64,000 nucleotides of DNA from an uncultured bacterium (GCA_963843795.1 CAWJLW010000006.1:2232001-2296000), one strand, 5' to 3'; numbered from the stretch's first letter, positions 1 to 10,955 are shown. Translations and numbers: made by a program. Notes: generated by a model from the sequence alone, not told the origin.

Positions 1-2013
1 TGGCACACGATTTATCACAATATCGAAACCGTGCCAGCCAGTCGCAAAATTGTTGTCGGTATTAATCCATAAATTCATCCAATCAACGTCTGTTTTAACG
101 CGCTTTGTAATCGGGTTCACAGTGCGCCCATAGAAACTGAAACTTTTCGCATCGCGCGCGACTTTGCTGGCTTCAAAGTCGTTGCGTCCGGTCTTGTCGG
201 TGTAGCGCGTCGTAACGTTCCAACTCGCGTGATTGCGCGCTTGCACATCGAAGCGGTCATCGCGAAATTCTGGCGCGACTGAACGCCAGTCATTGAAACT
301 GCCGTCTATCTTGATTAAACGCGACGCGCTGACAACTTCGGGCGCACGCACGCCTTTGTAGCGACGCACATTGTCAATCAATTGCAAAGTGAACGTGTCT
401 CCGTGACCGCCGCGCATTGGTTCGATATCGCGCGAAAATTCGCGATTGAACTGATCGACGAAGCTGACCGGCCCCGCGCCCGCAAACGGCGCGCTCTGGT
501 CGAAACGACCGGCAATCCACTCGTTCCAGCCGGTTACGAAGACAAACGGCGGAGCAGTTTCCAAAGCACGCTGCCACTGTTCGTTAAAATTGCGCCCGCT
601 GAAATCAGTTTGTTCGGGCGCAGGTTCCAATCCAGCGTGAAAGCTGCGACCATAAGCGCGCGGATTGCTTAAGACGCCCAGCTTGCCATCGACCGCATTT
701 TGCGCCACCCCAACCGTCATTTGCTCAACCGCGCCTTTATCATCGCGAAAAATGTGCTGCGGAAAGGCTTCGAGCCAGCCCCATTGATTCGGGCCGGTCG
801 GGCCTTCAAAATAACTTGGCTGCGGCTTGCGAAACGTGAAAAACTCGTCGATATCGCGCTTCAATTGCGCGGCTTTCTCCGCACTTTGCACGACAGAATT
901 TTCTCCGGCCAGCGTGGTAAGCGTGGTTTCACCCACATAACGAATGGCGAAGGTGCGGTCGCCGGGCGCGGGCAAACCGTCGGCGTAAGCGCGCCCGCCC
1001 TCGTAAACATCGCCCGAAAGCGTCCACCAGCCAATAGCATTCTTCGGCACACTCTGCTCGAGATAATAATCGCCCGCAGGCAGCGCGCGTTCCAGTTCTA
1101 CGCCGCCAAAGGAATTATCTACCACGTTTTCCAACTGGCGCTGCGCCAGAACGCGCCCGTTTGGGCGATCATATAATTTGACCGTCGCTCCCGAATTTTT
1201 GCCACTCCAAGTCGGAAAAGTGCCGCCAACAAAAGTGAACGACTTCAGGGCGCGAAAACTTTGGCCCAGCGAAGCACCTTTTTCCAAACGCGCCGGTTCG
1301 CGCCCGCTTTGTTGCAACGCGTCTTGGCTAATCAATTTCGGATCGGCCATAATCAGCGGTTTTTTAACGCCGTTTTCGTCGGGCCATCGAAACCACAATT
1401 CGGGCGTAATGTTTTCGTGGTAGAAATCTTGATAAAGCGTTTTCACGACCGCAGTGGGCGACCAGAACGGCGTCAAGAACGCGATTTGCGGAGTTTGTCC
1501 ACCTTCGCGACGAATTTGTGACCAGACGCGGCTTAGGGCACGATACGAGCGTGGATAAGTTAACTGGTTAGTGACATCGAAAATCACTACATCAACGCCC
1601 GCATCGCTCAACATTTGTGCATGCTTGCGTAACACCCATTCGTCGTCGGAACGATAATAACCAAACAAGGGTTCGCCCCAATGGTGCGGCGCGCCAATCG
1701 GCCCCCACAACGGATTGTCGGGCTGATTAATGGCATTGGGTTCACGGGCGAGAATTTTCGATATATCGAACGGGCCTTGCGAGCCGTGTTCGCCCAACCA
1801 GAGAAAATAGAACATCCCTACCGTATGATTGGCTTTAGGCGCGCCGACTTGTTCGTGTGTGGGCACAATTCGCCCCAAATCGTCCATCGCCGCCCACGTA
1901 TCGGGACGCGTGTCCCACGACGCAACTGCTTGGGCGCGTGCAATTGACGAAAACAAAGCACACGACAAAGCGCATCCGCTTAAATATTGGAATAATCGAC
2001 GGCGACTTTTCAT
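1..2013 (-). CDS. Secreted glycoside hydrolase, GH99/GH71-like TIM barrel (3' end runs off the window)
   Basis: Hand translation from ATG 2013 is open to base 1. Signal peptide MKSRRRLFQYLSGCALSCALFSSIARAQ, then motifs FYFLWLG, HWGEPLFGYYRSDDEWVLRKHAQML.DAGVD..IFDVTN and FVTGWNEW. Absent from the ORF track because it is truncated. Confidence 0.75.
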   Translation of the reverse strand, partial: MKSRRRLFQYLSGCALSCALFSSIARAQAVASWDTRPDTWAAMDDLGRIVPTHEQVGAPKANHTVGMFYFLWLGEHGSQGPFDISKILAREPNAINQPDNPLWGPIGAPHHWGEPLFGYYRSDDEWVLRKHAQMLSDAGVDVVIFDVTNQLTYPRSYRALSRVWSQIRREGGQTPQIAFLTPFWSPTAVVKTLYQDFYHENITPELWFRWPDENGVKKPLIMADPKLISQDALQQSGREPARLEKGASLGQSFRALKSFTFVGGTFPTWSGKNSGATVKLYDRPNGRVLAQRQLENVVDNSFGGVELERALPAGDYYLEQSVPKNAIGWWTLSGDVYEGGRAYADGLPAPGDRTFAIRYVGETTLTTLAGENSVVQSAEKAAQLKRDIDEFFTFRKPQPSYFEGPTGPNQWGWLEAFPQHIFRDDKGAVEQMTVGVAQNAVDGKLGVLSNPRAYGRSFHAGLEPAPEQTDFSGRNFNEQWQRALETAPPFVFVTGWNEWIAGRFDQSAPFAGAGPVSFVDQFNREFSRDIEPMRGGHGDTFTLQLIDNVRRYKGVRAPEVVSASRLIKIDGSFNDWRSVAPEFRDDRFDVQARNHASWNVTTRYTDKTGRNDFEASKVARDAKSFSFYGRTVNPITKRVKTDVDWMNLWINTDNNFATGWHGFDIVINRVP

Positions 2014-2045
2014 TTTTAGAATTACCTTTTGAGAAATTTCAAAAT

Positions 2046-2600
2046 TCAACCTATCGTATTGCCGCCGATACCGCGGAGAAAATACCACGCTCCGACGATA
2101 ACTCCGGCCATCGACAGGCAGGCTTTATATTCCAGTGGCAGATGCGCAAAAATGAGCGCGACCACCCACAGCACAACGATAAAGGGTGCCGCGAAGCGCG
2201 CCACGTCGGTGTAGTTTTCTTTTTGCGCGATCCACTCGAAGAAGTTCATTTCCAGCGTATTGTTGCAAACCGGACAAACGCGCGCTTTTACCGGAACATC
2301 CGAGTCACAGCGCTCGCAAACTTTGAACTCATCGAAGCCATCGCCCTGTAAGCCCCGTTGTTGACGCGCTTGACGAGCGAGCGCTTTTTTGAGCTGATTC
2401 TTGCGCGTCTGCGTCGTCGGGCCATTGGGGTTGATGTTGATGGAAGTGCGCCAGTGATGAATGGCCGCGTCGAGTTCTCCAGCTTCCCAATGAAGCTGAG
2501 CCAATGAAGCGTGCGCCGCAGCGTTCTCAGAGTTTTCGGCGATGGCCTGACCAAAACGCTCGGCGCGCGTTTTATAATCGGAAGGACGTTTAGCTTTCAT
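2046..2600 (-). CDS. TPR + zinc-ribbon membrane protein
   Basis: TPR-like helix pair (AHASLAQLHWEAGELDAAIHHW), CERC..CPVC, two C-terminal TM helices. Confidence 0.65.
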   Translation of the reverse strand: MKAKRPSDYKTRAERFGQAIAENSENAAAHASLAQLHWEAGELDAAIHHWRTSININPNGPTTQTRKNQLKKALARQARQQRGLQGDGFDEFKVCERCDSDVPVKARVCPVCNNTLEMNFFEWIAQKENYTDVARFAAPFIVVLWVVALIFAHLPLEYKACLSMAGVIVGAWYFLRGIGGNTIG

Positions 2601-2657
2601 GGCAATCTTCACCCCAAATTGTGCGCTGCAAGTACTTGCAGCGCATCGTGAACGGTT

Positions 2658-3218
2658 TCAGGGCTTTTGAAAATGGTGATAATCCAGTCGCGTTGTCCAA
2701 CGCCCGCCCCATTCCCAACCGCGACTTTCAAAAATGCGCACTGCGTCGCTGTCTGCTGTCAGTGTGCCCATTTGACGCACATCATAAACCGCATCAGGCG
2801 GCAAAACTAAATTCGTGCCGTCGGAATTGGGTTTGATATACGGATTCTGGCGCGGATTGATGTCGATGGCGCGGCCCGTTGCGTGATGCGATAAATTTTC
2901 GCCGCCCGCTATCGCGCGATAATTGAAGCCAGAGGAATTGTTAACCCGCATTGATTCATCATCCGACCAACCAAAACGCGCAACGGGAATGACTTTTTCG
3001 ATGGGAAAGCGCATCGTGCATAGTGCGGAAAAAATTTCTAGCACTTCCTTGGCCAAATCGCGCGCGACAACGATTTGTCCGCAGTGCACAAAGCCATCGA
3101 AGCCGATAGTGTGCACGGCAAGTACTTGCTGCTGGGAGATAATCTCGACAGGTGCCGGACAAGCACGCAAAGCCTCTTCATCGGTTACATCGCTGTCGAT
3201 AATGAGCGTTCCATCCAT
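2658..3218 (-). CDS. M15 family metallopeptidase (D,D-carboxypeptidase-like)
   Basis: Motifs FNYR...SHHATGRAIDINP and GWEWGGRW...DYHHFQ. Confidence 0.9.
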   Translation of the reverse strand: MDGTLIIDSDVTDEEALRACPAPVEIISQQQVLAVHTIGFDGFVHCGQIVVARDLAKEVLEIFSALCTMRFPIEKVIPVARFGWSDDESMRVNNSSGFNYRAIAGGENLSHHATGRAIDINPRQNPYIKPNSDGTNLVLPPDAVYDVRQMGTLTADSDAVRIFESRGWEWGGRWTTRLDYHHFQKP

Positions 3219-3264
3219 AAGAAACTGAATTTCACTCCAATAAATTTACAGAACATTCAAAATG

Positions 3265-3300
3265 CAACAGCGCAGTCGAAATAAATCGGCTGCGCTGTTG
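3265..3300. terminator. Stem-loop downstream of the GtaA-like gene
   Basis: caacagcgcagtcga-aataaa-tcggctgcgctgttg. Confidence 0.6.
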
Positions 3301-3315
3301 GATTTCTATGACGCA

Positions 3316-5946
3316 TTAATCGCGCGGTGTGACCGTCACTAGACCAGCGTCGATATATTGACCACCCGTGGTTTGATGAACGTGAATCGCCATCACATTC
3401 GGCGCGCCCGCTTTGAGTGCGGCGCGGCCTTGCGCTGAAAGCGGAATCGCTTCGTATTTCGCGGTGAAGCCACCGACTTTGGCCGCCAGCACGCCGTTGA
3501 TATAAACCTCGGCGTCTTCGTCGTGATACATCGACAAAAACAAGTTGGCCGGAATCGGGCCAGCGGGCATCTCAAAAGTGCGGCGAATCCAGATGTCGCT
3601 CGAACTCCAACGAGTGCGCGAGACTGCGCCCGGAGGATCGGTGCCGAAACCGCCTTCTCCCTGCTTCCACGCGCTGTCATCATAGCCCGCAGCGAACCAA
3701 TCGCCCTGCGGTTTTTCAAACGAATAGCGCCACGTTTTAGGCGTTTCCTGGCTGGTCGCGACAACCGCTTGGATGAGAGGACGCTTGGGAATGGAAGCCC
3801 ATGCGTTCACATTGATGTTATTTGGATCGCGCTTGGACCACTTGTTCCATAGCTGCGCATCGTCCAGCATCGGCAAGAAAACGCCGCCGATGACCGGACG
3901 CGCCGTAAAGCCAACTTTGCGCGCGTTCATGGTGCGATACCAGTCGGTTAGCGGCCTGCGGTCGGGGGTTTCGTTGATAAAGCGCCAGACAGGATCGATC
4001 AATGCATCGAAATCGGCGCGGTTCGGGGCCAGCGTCGCCGTCCACACCGTCCAATCCAATTTGGTGTACCCGTCGCGATTATCCAGTGGCAAACCATAGG
4101 GATTGAGCTTGGTTTTGTAGAACGCGTATTCTTTGTTGATTACATCGCGCGGGAACAAGTTGTAACCCAGAATTTTGTCCCACACCAAATTGTATTTCTG
4201 ACTCCAGGTGCCGGGCCGGTCGAAGGCCAAACGAAAATGATCGCCATCGTCGGCTTCTTTCACCCAGCGCGCCGCCATATCACGGGCCAGGGCGTCGTAT
4301 TTATCGGCACTGGTGGTATCACCTTTCATGCGGCTCATCATCGCATATGACTTAATGCCCATGATGGCTTTGATCGACAGATTGACGTTATGCGCCAGAT
4401 GGCCGGAAAAATCGTCGGTCGAAAGCTGATTTTCGGGATCGAAACCTTTATCGGCCAGATATTCTGTCCATTTGGTCAATGTGGGCCACCATTTGTCAGC
4501 GAAGCGCGTGTTGCCGTCGATTTTGGAAACTCCGGCTAACAGAATTAGCATATTGCCGGTTTCTTCAACCGGCATCTGATTTTCTTCGCTGGTTTCTCCG
4601 CCGCCATACGTCTGGCCAGTCGCTTTGGGATACGTGCCGACATCATGCGGCGCATATGGAAACGTCCAGTTTTCAGACGAACTGTAGTTCAACATTGGAA
4701 CCAAAGTCGCTTTGACCAGAGTCGGTGCCATGAACAGAAAATGCGGCATGGCCGGGTAAAACACATCAACCGTACCGATGCTGCCGTTGGAATCGTTTTC
4801 CTTCGAAAACATCATCGGCGCACCTTTGGAATCGGCGACGATTTTGTTAGCAGCCAGCGATTGACGATGCGAAAGCGCGCAAATCTGCGCGTATTTCTCG
4901 CCATAACGCGCGGTCAAATCGCTCATCAGAGCCGTATCGAAATCGGCACATTTGCGCTGCAACATTGGATAATCGCGCGCGGCGACCTGCAACATTTGCG
5001 CAGCGTTCATGCCGTTGCGACGCCAGTACGGGCGCAGCTGGCGGCCCATCCAGTTAATTGAAAACAAATCGTCGTAGCCGACCATCGCATAACGCGAAAC
5101 GACCTTGCTTCCAACGCGGCCCAAATCGAACGATTGGGCTGCGACCAGCGAATCATCTGCCGAAGAACGCGGCATTGAAGTGTCGTCGCGACCATTCAAA
5201 AAGCCATCGGGCGTAAAATCGCCGATTGCCAGTTCGCGCGAAGTCAAACGAGAACGCGAGCTTTTCTGCGGCGCAGCAGCGTAAACATACCCCCAGTCGA
5301 TGCGCAAATTGTCGCCGCTTTTCTGCAAAACCGGCTGCGCCTGAGTGCCGATGCGCATCGAGGTCAAATCGCCAAAACGCTCGCGCTGCCACACGACAGG
5401 CTGTGTGACTTCATTAACCGCGACTTGCGCGCTGACATCGTTATAAATCGAAACTTTGTGCGACTTGCCATCGTTCGATTGCACGTCCCACGTCAGATAC
5501 GTGACGGGCCGCGAAACCACATCGAGTTCGGTCGGCAAAGCCGGTGTGGTAAAAGTGAGCGTGACCTGAGCGTTTTCGTTGCTGAAAGTGTAAATTGTGC
5601 GCGTGGGAAGTACTTGTAGCGAGGTTTGCGGCATTGCGGGCAAGTTGACGGGCGTGTCGCCCATCAAGCGCAGGGTTTCGCCATCAATGCGAATCAGGCT
5701 CGACAGCGATTGTTCACGATTCGTCCAATGACGCGTCGGGCCATCGGTCAATTTATCGTAGTTCGACCAGATGCTGAAATATGGATCGTGCGTAACGAGC
5801 GGCACCGAAGGTGGGCGCAACGAATTTGTCGAGGAAGAGGAAGCGCCTTGCGAGTGAGCTACAGAACCACAGGCCGACAAAGCAGCGACCGGCAGCGCAA
5901 CTTGTAGCCAGCGCATGCGAGAAAGAACAGGTGAATTAAATTGCAT
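3316..5946 (-). CDS. Glutaminase GtaA-like (DUF5127/DUF4965/DUF1793) secreted protein with C-terminal beta-sandwich domain
   Basis: RPPSVPLVTHDPYFSIWS, FSKENDSNGSIGTVDV, PHDVGTYP, QMPVEETGN, QLSTDDF, WSQKYNLVWD; signal peptide. Confidence 0.85.
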   Translation of the reverse strand: MQFNSPVLSRMRWLQVALPVAALSACGSVAHSQGASSSSTNSLRPPSVPLVTHDPYFSIWSNYDKLTDGPTRHWTNREQSLSSLIRIDGETLRLMGDTPVNLPAMPQTSLQVLPTRTIYTFSNENAQVTLTFTTPALPTELDVVSRPVTYLTWDVQSNDGKSHKVSIYNDVSAQVAVNEVTQPVVWQRERFGDLTSMRIGTQAQPVLQKSGDNLRIDWGYVYAAAPQKSSRSRLTSRELAIGDFTPDGFLNGRDDTSMPRSSADDSLVAAQSFDLGRVGSKVVSRYAMVGYDDLFSINWMGRQLRPYWRRNGMNAAQMLQVAARDYPMLQRKCADFDTALMSDLTARYGEKYAQICALSHRQSLAANKIVADSKGAPMMFSKENDSNGSIGTVDVFYPAMPHFLFMAPTLVKATLVPMLNYSSSENWTFPYAPHDVGTYPKATGQTYGGGETSEENQMPVEETGNMLILLAGVSKIDGNTRFADKWWPTLTKWTEYLADKGFDPENQLSTDDFSGHLAHNVNLSIKAIMGIKSYAMMSRMKGDTTSADKYDALARDMAARWVKEADDGDHFRLAFDRPGTWSQKYNLVWDKILGYNLFPRDVINKEYAFYKTKLNPYGLPLDNRDGYTKLDWTVWTATLAPNRADFDALIDPVWRFINETPDRRPLTDWYRTMNARKVGFTARPVIGGVFLPMLDDAQLWNKWSKRDPNNINVNAWASIPKRPLIQAVVATSQETPKTWRYSFEKPQGDWFAAGYDDSAWKQGEGGFGTDPPGAVSRTRWSSSDIWIRRTFEMPAGPIPANLFLSMYHDEDAEVYINGVLAAKVGGFTAKYEAIPLSAQGRAALKAGAPNVMAIHVHQTTGGQYIDAGLVTVTPRD

Positions 5947-6254
5947 AAAATCCTTTAAAGAAATTTGATAGAACTGTTTGTAAAAACGCATACATCTGAT
6001 TTTTCAGCTTTCAAGTATTTACAAAGCTGAAATTTATTGTCTATTGATAGTGAAGGGACAAGTTTACTAATTTTCTATGAGGAAAAGGCCGAGACGAATG
6101 AGACAATACTGTGAAATGCGAACCGAAAAATATTCGGGAAATTTTAGAGTCGGCGTGAAAGGTTAAGTTTCTTTTGCCACGATAGCTTGATAAGAATGGC
6201 AAGAAGGGGTTTTGCTTTGTTACACTGCAGACTTCAGGTTTGGAACAGTAAAAT

Positions 6255-7701
6255 ATGAAAGCAAAATTGCCTAAAAACGAAGAAGCACGTTTGCAAGCGT
6301 TACACGAACTATCAAATATTGGATACTTTGCCACAGCAAGCATATGATGACATTGCTCAGTTAGCAGCGCAAATTTGTGGAACACCCATATCTCTGGTCA
6401 GCTTGGTTGATGAAGAGCGTCAATGGTTCAAATCAAAAGTCGGATTGAACGTAAGTGAGTTGCCGCGCGATATTGCGTTTTGCGCGCACGCGATTCTCAG
6501 ACCAGACGAACTGTTCATTATTCCTGATGCAGAAGAAGACAAACGTTTCTTCGATAATCCACTCGTCACGGGCAACCCTTACATTCGCTTTTATGCCGGT
6601 GCCCCTCTGGTTACACCCGATGGCGAATCTTTGGGCAGTCTGTGCGTTATCGACCGCGAGCCGCGCCAATTGAGCAGAGAACAATTGCAAGCTTTGCGCG
6701 CGCTGGCGAGGCAGGTTATGGCGCAAATGCAATTGCAAAGATCGTTCATCGAACTGTCGCAAACCATGCAAGAACGCCGCAAAATCGAAAGAAATTTGCG
6801 TGAAAGCGAACAACGCTTTCAAACCTTCATGAATAACAGCCCGGCACTGGCTTTCATCAAAAATTCAGCGGGCGGTTACGAATATATCAATCAACCGTTT
6901 TTGCATCGCTTTAATTTGCAAGAATCCGAAGTTTTGGGCAAAAGCGATATGGAACTGTGGCCCGCAGATGCCGCATCTGAACTGCGCGAGCACGACCTGC
7001 AAGTACTTGCAGGGGAAGAAACCGTCACTTTGACAGAAACCGTGCCCGATGACGATGGGCAAACAAGTCACTGGCTTTCGTTCAAATTTCCTTTAGCAAG
7101 CTCCAACCAGCGTTTTCTAGCGGGCATGTCGATTGATATCACGCAAAGTAAACGTTACGAACAGCAGATGAAGGAATATCAGGAAAAGCTGGAAGAATTA
7201 GTGACAAAACTGGAAACCCAGAGCAGCACCGACAGCCTGACCGGACTTTTGAACCGCCGCGCCTTTCAGGAAAAGTTGGAAGATGAGTTCGAACGCGCCC
7301 GTCGTTACACCGTGCCGCTGTCGCTGTTGATGCTGGATGTCGATAAGTTCAAAGCCTTCAATGACAGTTTTGGTCACGTCGCAGGCGACGAAACCTTGCA
7401 AACCGTTTCGCACGCGTTAAAAGAAAAAGCGCGCGCCACCGATTCGGTCGCGCGCTATGGCGGCGAAGAATTCATCATTGTGTTGCCCAACACCAGCAGC
7501 GACGGCGCGCAAGTTCTGGCCGAGCGCTTTCGACGCGTCATAGAAGACACGAAATGGCCACACCGTGCAATCACGATCAGCGTCGGGATCGCCACTCTGA
7601 CACCTGAAATTTCCAGTTGCGATCAGTTTGTCGATGCCGCCGACAAAGCTTTGTATCGTGCCAAAGAGAAAGGCCGCAACCGCATCGAAAGCGCAAACTA
7701 A
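6255..7701 (+). CDS. GAF-PAS-GGDEF diguanylate cyclase (apparent +1 frameshift near 6309)
   Basis: ATG 6255 gives [18 protein letters not shown], which joins [15 protein letters not shown] after removing one base. GAF ([15 protein letters not shown]), PAS, D.LTGL.NRR and intact RYGGEEF. Confidence 0.9.
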
Positions 7702-7722
7702 CATTTATTCTCACTCAACGAC

Positions 7723-7761
7723 AAAACAGCCGCGCTCCATCTTCGGAGCGCGGCTGTTTTT
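7723..7761. terminator. Bidirectional intrinsic terminator
   Basis: aaaacagccgcgctcc-atcttc-ggagcgcggctgttttt between convergent genes. Confidence 0.8.
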
Positions 7762-7790
7762 ATTGCAAGTATAGTACTTGCAGAACTCAA

Positions 7791-10037
7791 TTATTTTGTG
7801 GCTTTGGACTTGGCTTTATCAATGCCCAGATCGAAGAACTGTCCGCCGGAAGTCTGATGCACATGAGCCGCGATGACATTTTTTCCAGTTTTCAACGCCG
7901 CGCGCCCCGCCGCATTCATCGGTAAACGCACATAACCGCTGGTGTAGCCGGTTGCGCTCGCGGCCTGCACGCCGTTGATGTAGATTTCGACATCTTCATC
8001 GTGGAAAACCACGAACTCTAAATCTTTGGGCGCACTCGCCGGAAAATTAATTTCGCGACGCACCCAGATATCGGAAGTTTTCCACTGCGTTTTCACGCCG
8101 CCCAGTTCGCCGCCAAACGGCGCTGGCCCGCTTTTCCATTGCGCGTCATTAAAACCAACGCTTGTCCAGTTGTCGGCGGGTTTGCTGGTGACATAACGCC
8201 AGTTCTGCGCTTCGTCCTGCGAAGTTTCCAATAACAAGGGATTCGGGTTCGGCGGCAAACTCAGCCACACGCCGCGGTTGGCGGCGGCGACGATTTTCGG
8301 ATCCGGTTTGATAATCGCTCGATCATACGACAGCAAACCGTTGGCTTCGGCTTCCACATCGGACAATTGCGTGTAAACCGTGGCGCTCAGGCCGGGATTA
8401 TTTTTCAATTCATACACGGTTTTCATGTATTCTTGATAGCGCTTGGTGAGTTGCCAGGAGTTCTCGAATAAGCCCTGATAACCCCACGAATCGGCCTGCC
8501 ACATATGGCCTTCTTCGCGCTTGCCCAAGCCACCAAATTCGCCCAACACAGCAGCGCGCTTGGCTTCGGGTTGAGGCGAGCCGGGATTGGGGTATTTGTG
8601 CATATCAATCAAATCGCCGACGTTTTTATCCGTCCAGCCACTGGCGTTATTCAGCAAACGTGATTGATCCAAAGTGCGCAAATAAGCGGTCAGCGCTTCG
8701 GTGTTGTGCTGACCCCAGCCTTCATTAAACAAAGTCCACACGACGATAGATGGATGATTGTAAAGCTCATCTACTATTTGTGTTAATTCATGTTTGAACT
8801 GCGTTTTGGCTTCGTCCGATGCGTCGGGTTTGTAGGCTTGCGGCATATCCTGCCAAACTAGAACGCCCATTTTGTCGCAGTGGTAATACCAGCGCGATGG
8901 CTCGGTTTTAGCGTGTTTGCGCAACATATTGAAGTCCAACTGCTTGGCGACTTCGACATCGTATTTCAAGGCTTCATCGGTCGGTGCGGTGTAAATGCCA
9001 TCGGGCCAGTAACCTTGATCGAGCATTCCGATTTGAAAAACGAACTTGTTGTTGAGCATCATGCGCGTGCGACCCTGCGCGTCTTTGCCCAGCGAACTTT
9101 TGCGCATCGCGAAATACGAATCTACACTATCGCCACCCGTGCCATCAAGCTTGACGCGGAGGTTATACAAACGTGGATTTTCCGGCGTCCACAGCTGCGC
9201 ATTACGAATGGGAATTTTCCATTCCGCACCGCCCAGCACACCAACCACACGATTGATCAATTTGCCCATGTAGCGCACTTCGACCACGCCGCGCTGCTGC
9301 GTGCCGTTCACGCCAATTTTCAAGCGCAGATGGCCGGTATCGATGTCGGGCGTCATCTTCAAATTGGCGACATACGATTGCGGCACGGCTTCCATCCACA
9401 CCGTTTGCCAGATGCCGGTTGTCGGTGTATAAAAAATGCCGCCCGGCTTATCGACCTGCTTTCCGCGCGCCTGCTGATCGCTCATTGGATCGAGCACGCC
9501 GACGATAATTTCCTGCGGGCCGTTGGGCTTCAGGGCGCTGCTGATGTCGAACGAAAAGCCATCGTAACCGCCGGTGTGAGTTCCCAGATTACGGCCATTA
9601 ACCCAAACCGTCGTCTGCCAATCGACCGCGCCGAAATGCAGCAAAACTTTTTGACCGTTCCAATCTTTCGGGGTTTGGAAAGTGCGACGATACCACAGCT
9701 TTTGATTCGTACCAACGCGTTTCATCACGCCCGAAAGCGCGCTTTCGATGGCGTAAGGCACCAAAATCTGGCCGTCGTTTTTGGTGGGCGCGCTGTTTTG
9801 GGTTTGGGGCGAAAGCGCATAATTCCATAAACCGTTCAGGCTCTGCCAGTTTTTGCGCACCAATTGAGGGCGCGGATATTCGGGAAGCGGATTAGCAGGC
9901 TTCACATCTTTGGCCCAGCGCGTTTTGATACGGCCTTCGCCGATTTTCCAGGTTTCAGCGGCGCGCGCTTGCGCACCTAACGCCGAAAGTGTCAGAGCGC
10001 CCAAAACGGCAATTCCGACAGCGTTTGTCTTCTGCAT
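7791..10037 (-). CDS. Glycoside hydrolase family 2 (beta-galactosidase-like), secreted
   Basis: PEYPRPQL, LHFGAVDW, H.GGY, GIWQTVW, LDQGYWPDG.YTAP, WTLFNEGWGQ, LGEFGG; RBS AGGAG. Confidence 0.92.
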   Translation of the reverse strand: MQKTNAVGIAVLGALTLSALGAQARAAETWKIGEGRIKTRWAKDVKPANPLPEYPRPQLVRKNWQSLNGLWNYALSPQTQNSAPTKNDGQILVPYAIESALSGVMKRVGTNQKLWYRRTFQTPKDWNGQKVLLHFGAVDWQTTVWVNGRNLGTHTGGYDGFSFDISSALKPNGPQEIIVGVLDPMSDQQARGKQVDKPGGIFYTPTTGIWQTVWMEAVPQSYVANLKMTPDIDTGHLRLKIGVNGTQQRGVVEVRYMGKLINRVVGVLGGAEWKIPIRNAQLWTPENPRLYNLRVKLDGTGGDSVDSYFAMRKSSLGKDAQGRTRMMLNNKFVFQIGMLDQGYWPDGIYTAPTDEALKYDVEVAKQLDFNMLRKHAKTEPSRWYYHCDKMGVLVWQDMPQAYKPDASDEAKTQFKHELTQIVDELYNHPSIVVWTLFNEGWGQHNTEALTAYLRTLDQSRLLNNASGWTDKNVGDLIDMHKYPNPGSPQPEAKRAAVLGEFGGLGKREEGHMWQADSWGYQGLFENSWQLTKRYQEYMKTVYELKNNPGLSATVYTQLSDVEAEANGLLSYDRAIIKPDPKIVAAANRGVWLSLPPNPNPLLLETSQDEAQNWRYVTSKPADNWTSVGFNDAQWKSGPAPFGGELGGVKTQWKTSDIWVRREINFPASAPKDLEFVVFHDEDVEIYINGVQAASATGYTSGYVRLPMNAAGRAALKTGKNVIAAHVHQTSGGQFFDLGIDKAKSKATK

Positions 10038-10181
10038 GAATTCTCCTAAGGTTGATTTATTCTCACAGTTTGCCCGTTTTGCCATTTGCCGTCAGGCAGG
10101 CGCACGAAATGCTGCTGCAAGTACTTGCAGCGCATCGAGGCGCAATTTTTGCCAGAAGCGCGCTGGATTTCAATTTTCATC

Positions 10182-10955
10182 ATGCAAAAACAGATTAACG
10201 GTCTCAACATTGAATATACAGAACGCGGTAGCGGTAAGACCGCGCTGTGGTTTTCGCACTATTTCGGCGGCTCGTCGCGCACCTGGAACGAAGTTATCGA
10301 AGGCATGGCAAGTACTTGCCACTGCATCGCGCCCGATTTGCGCGGTTTCGGTGCGTCTGAAGCGCCCGCCGAAGCGGAGAATTACCGCATCGCCAAAAGT
10401 GCCGACGATATGGAAGCCTTACGCGAAGAATTGAACGTGGAAAATTTCGTTTTGGTTGGTCATTCCATGGGTGGCAAAATTGCGCTCGAATGGGCCTCGC
10501 GCCAGCCCGCAGGTTTGCAGGGTCTGGTTTTATTGGCACCTTCGCCGCCAACGCCGGAACCGATGAGCGACGTTGACCGGGAAAGCTTGCGTCACAGCCA
10601 CGGCGACACTGAAGCGATGAGCAAAATCATTGGCGAAATTACCGCGCAAACCTTGTCACCGGAAATTTTTCAACGCACATTGGAAGACGACTTGCGCGTT
10701 TCCAAAGCCGCGTGGAATGCGTGGCTGGATGTCGGTAGTCGCGAAGATATTTCGTCGCAAATGACGCGTATCAATGTGCCAGTTCACCTTTTGGCGGGCG
10801 AAAAAGATTCAGGTATGCCCGCTGAAATGTTGCAGCGCGAAGTCGTGGCGCGCTTGAGCGATGTAAAATTTGAAGTCGTGCCCGATTGCGGGCATTTGAT
10901 TCCCGTTGAGCATCCGCAAATCGTGATCAACGCCATTCACAATATTTTGCGCTAG
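10182..10955 (+). CDS. Alpha/beta fold hydrolase
   Basis: APDLRGFG, GHSMGG nucleophile elbow, CGHL.P.E.P. Confidence 0.9.
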   Translation: MQKQINGLNIEYTERGSGKTALWFSHYFGGSSRTWNEVIEGMASTCHCIAPDLRGFGASEAPAEAENYRIAKSADDMEALREELNVENFVLVGHSMGGKIALEWASRQPAGLQGLVLLAPSPPTPEPMSDVDRESLRHSHGDTEAMSKIIGEITAQTLSPEIFQRTLEDDLRVSKAAWNAWLDVGSREDISSQMTRINVPVHLLAGEKDSGMPAEMLQREVVARLSDVKFEVVPDCGHLIPVEHPQIVINAIHNILR

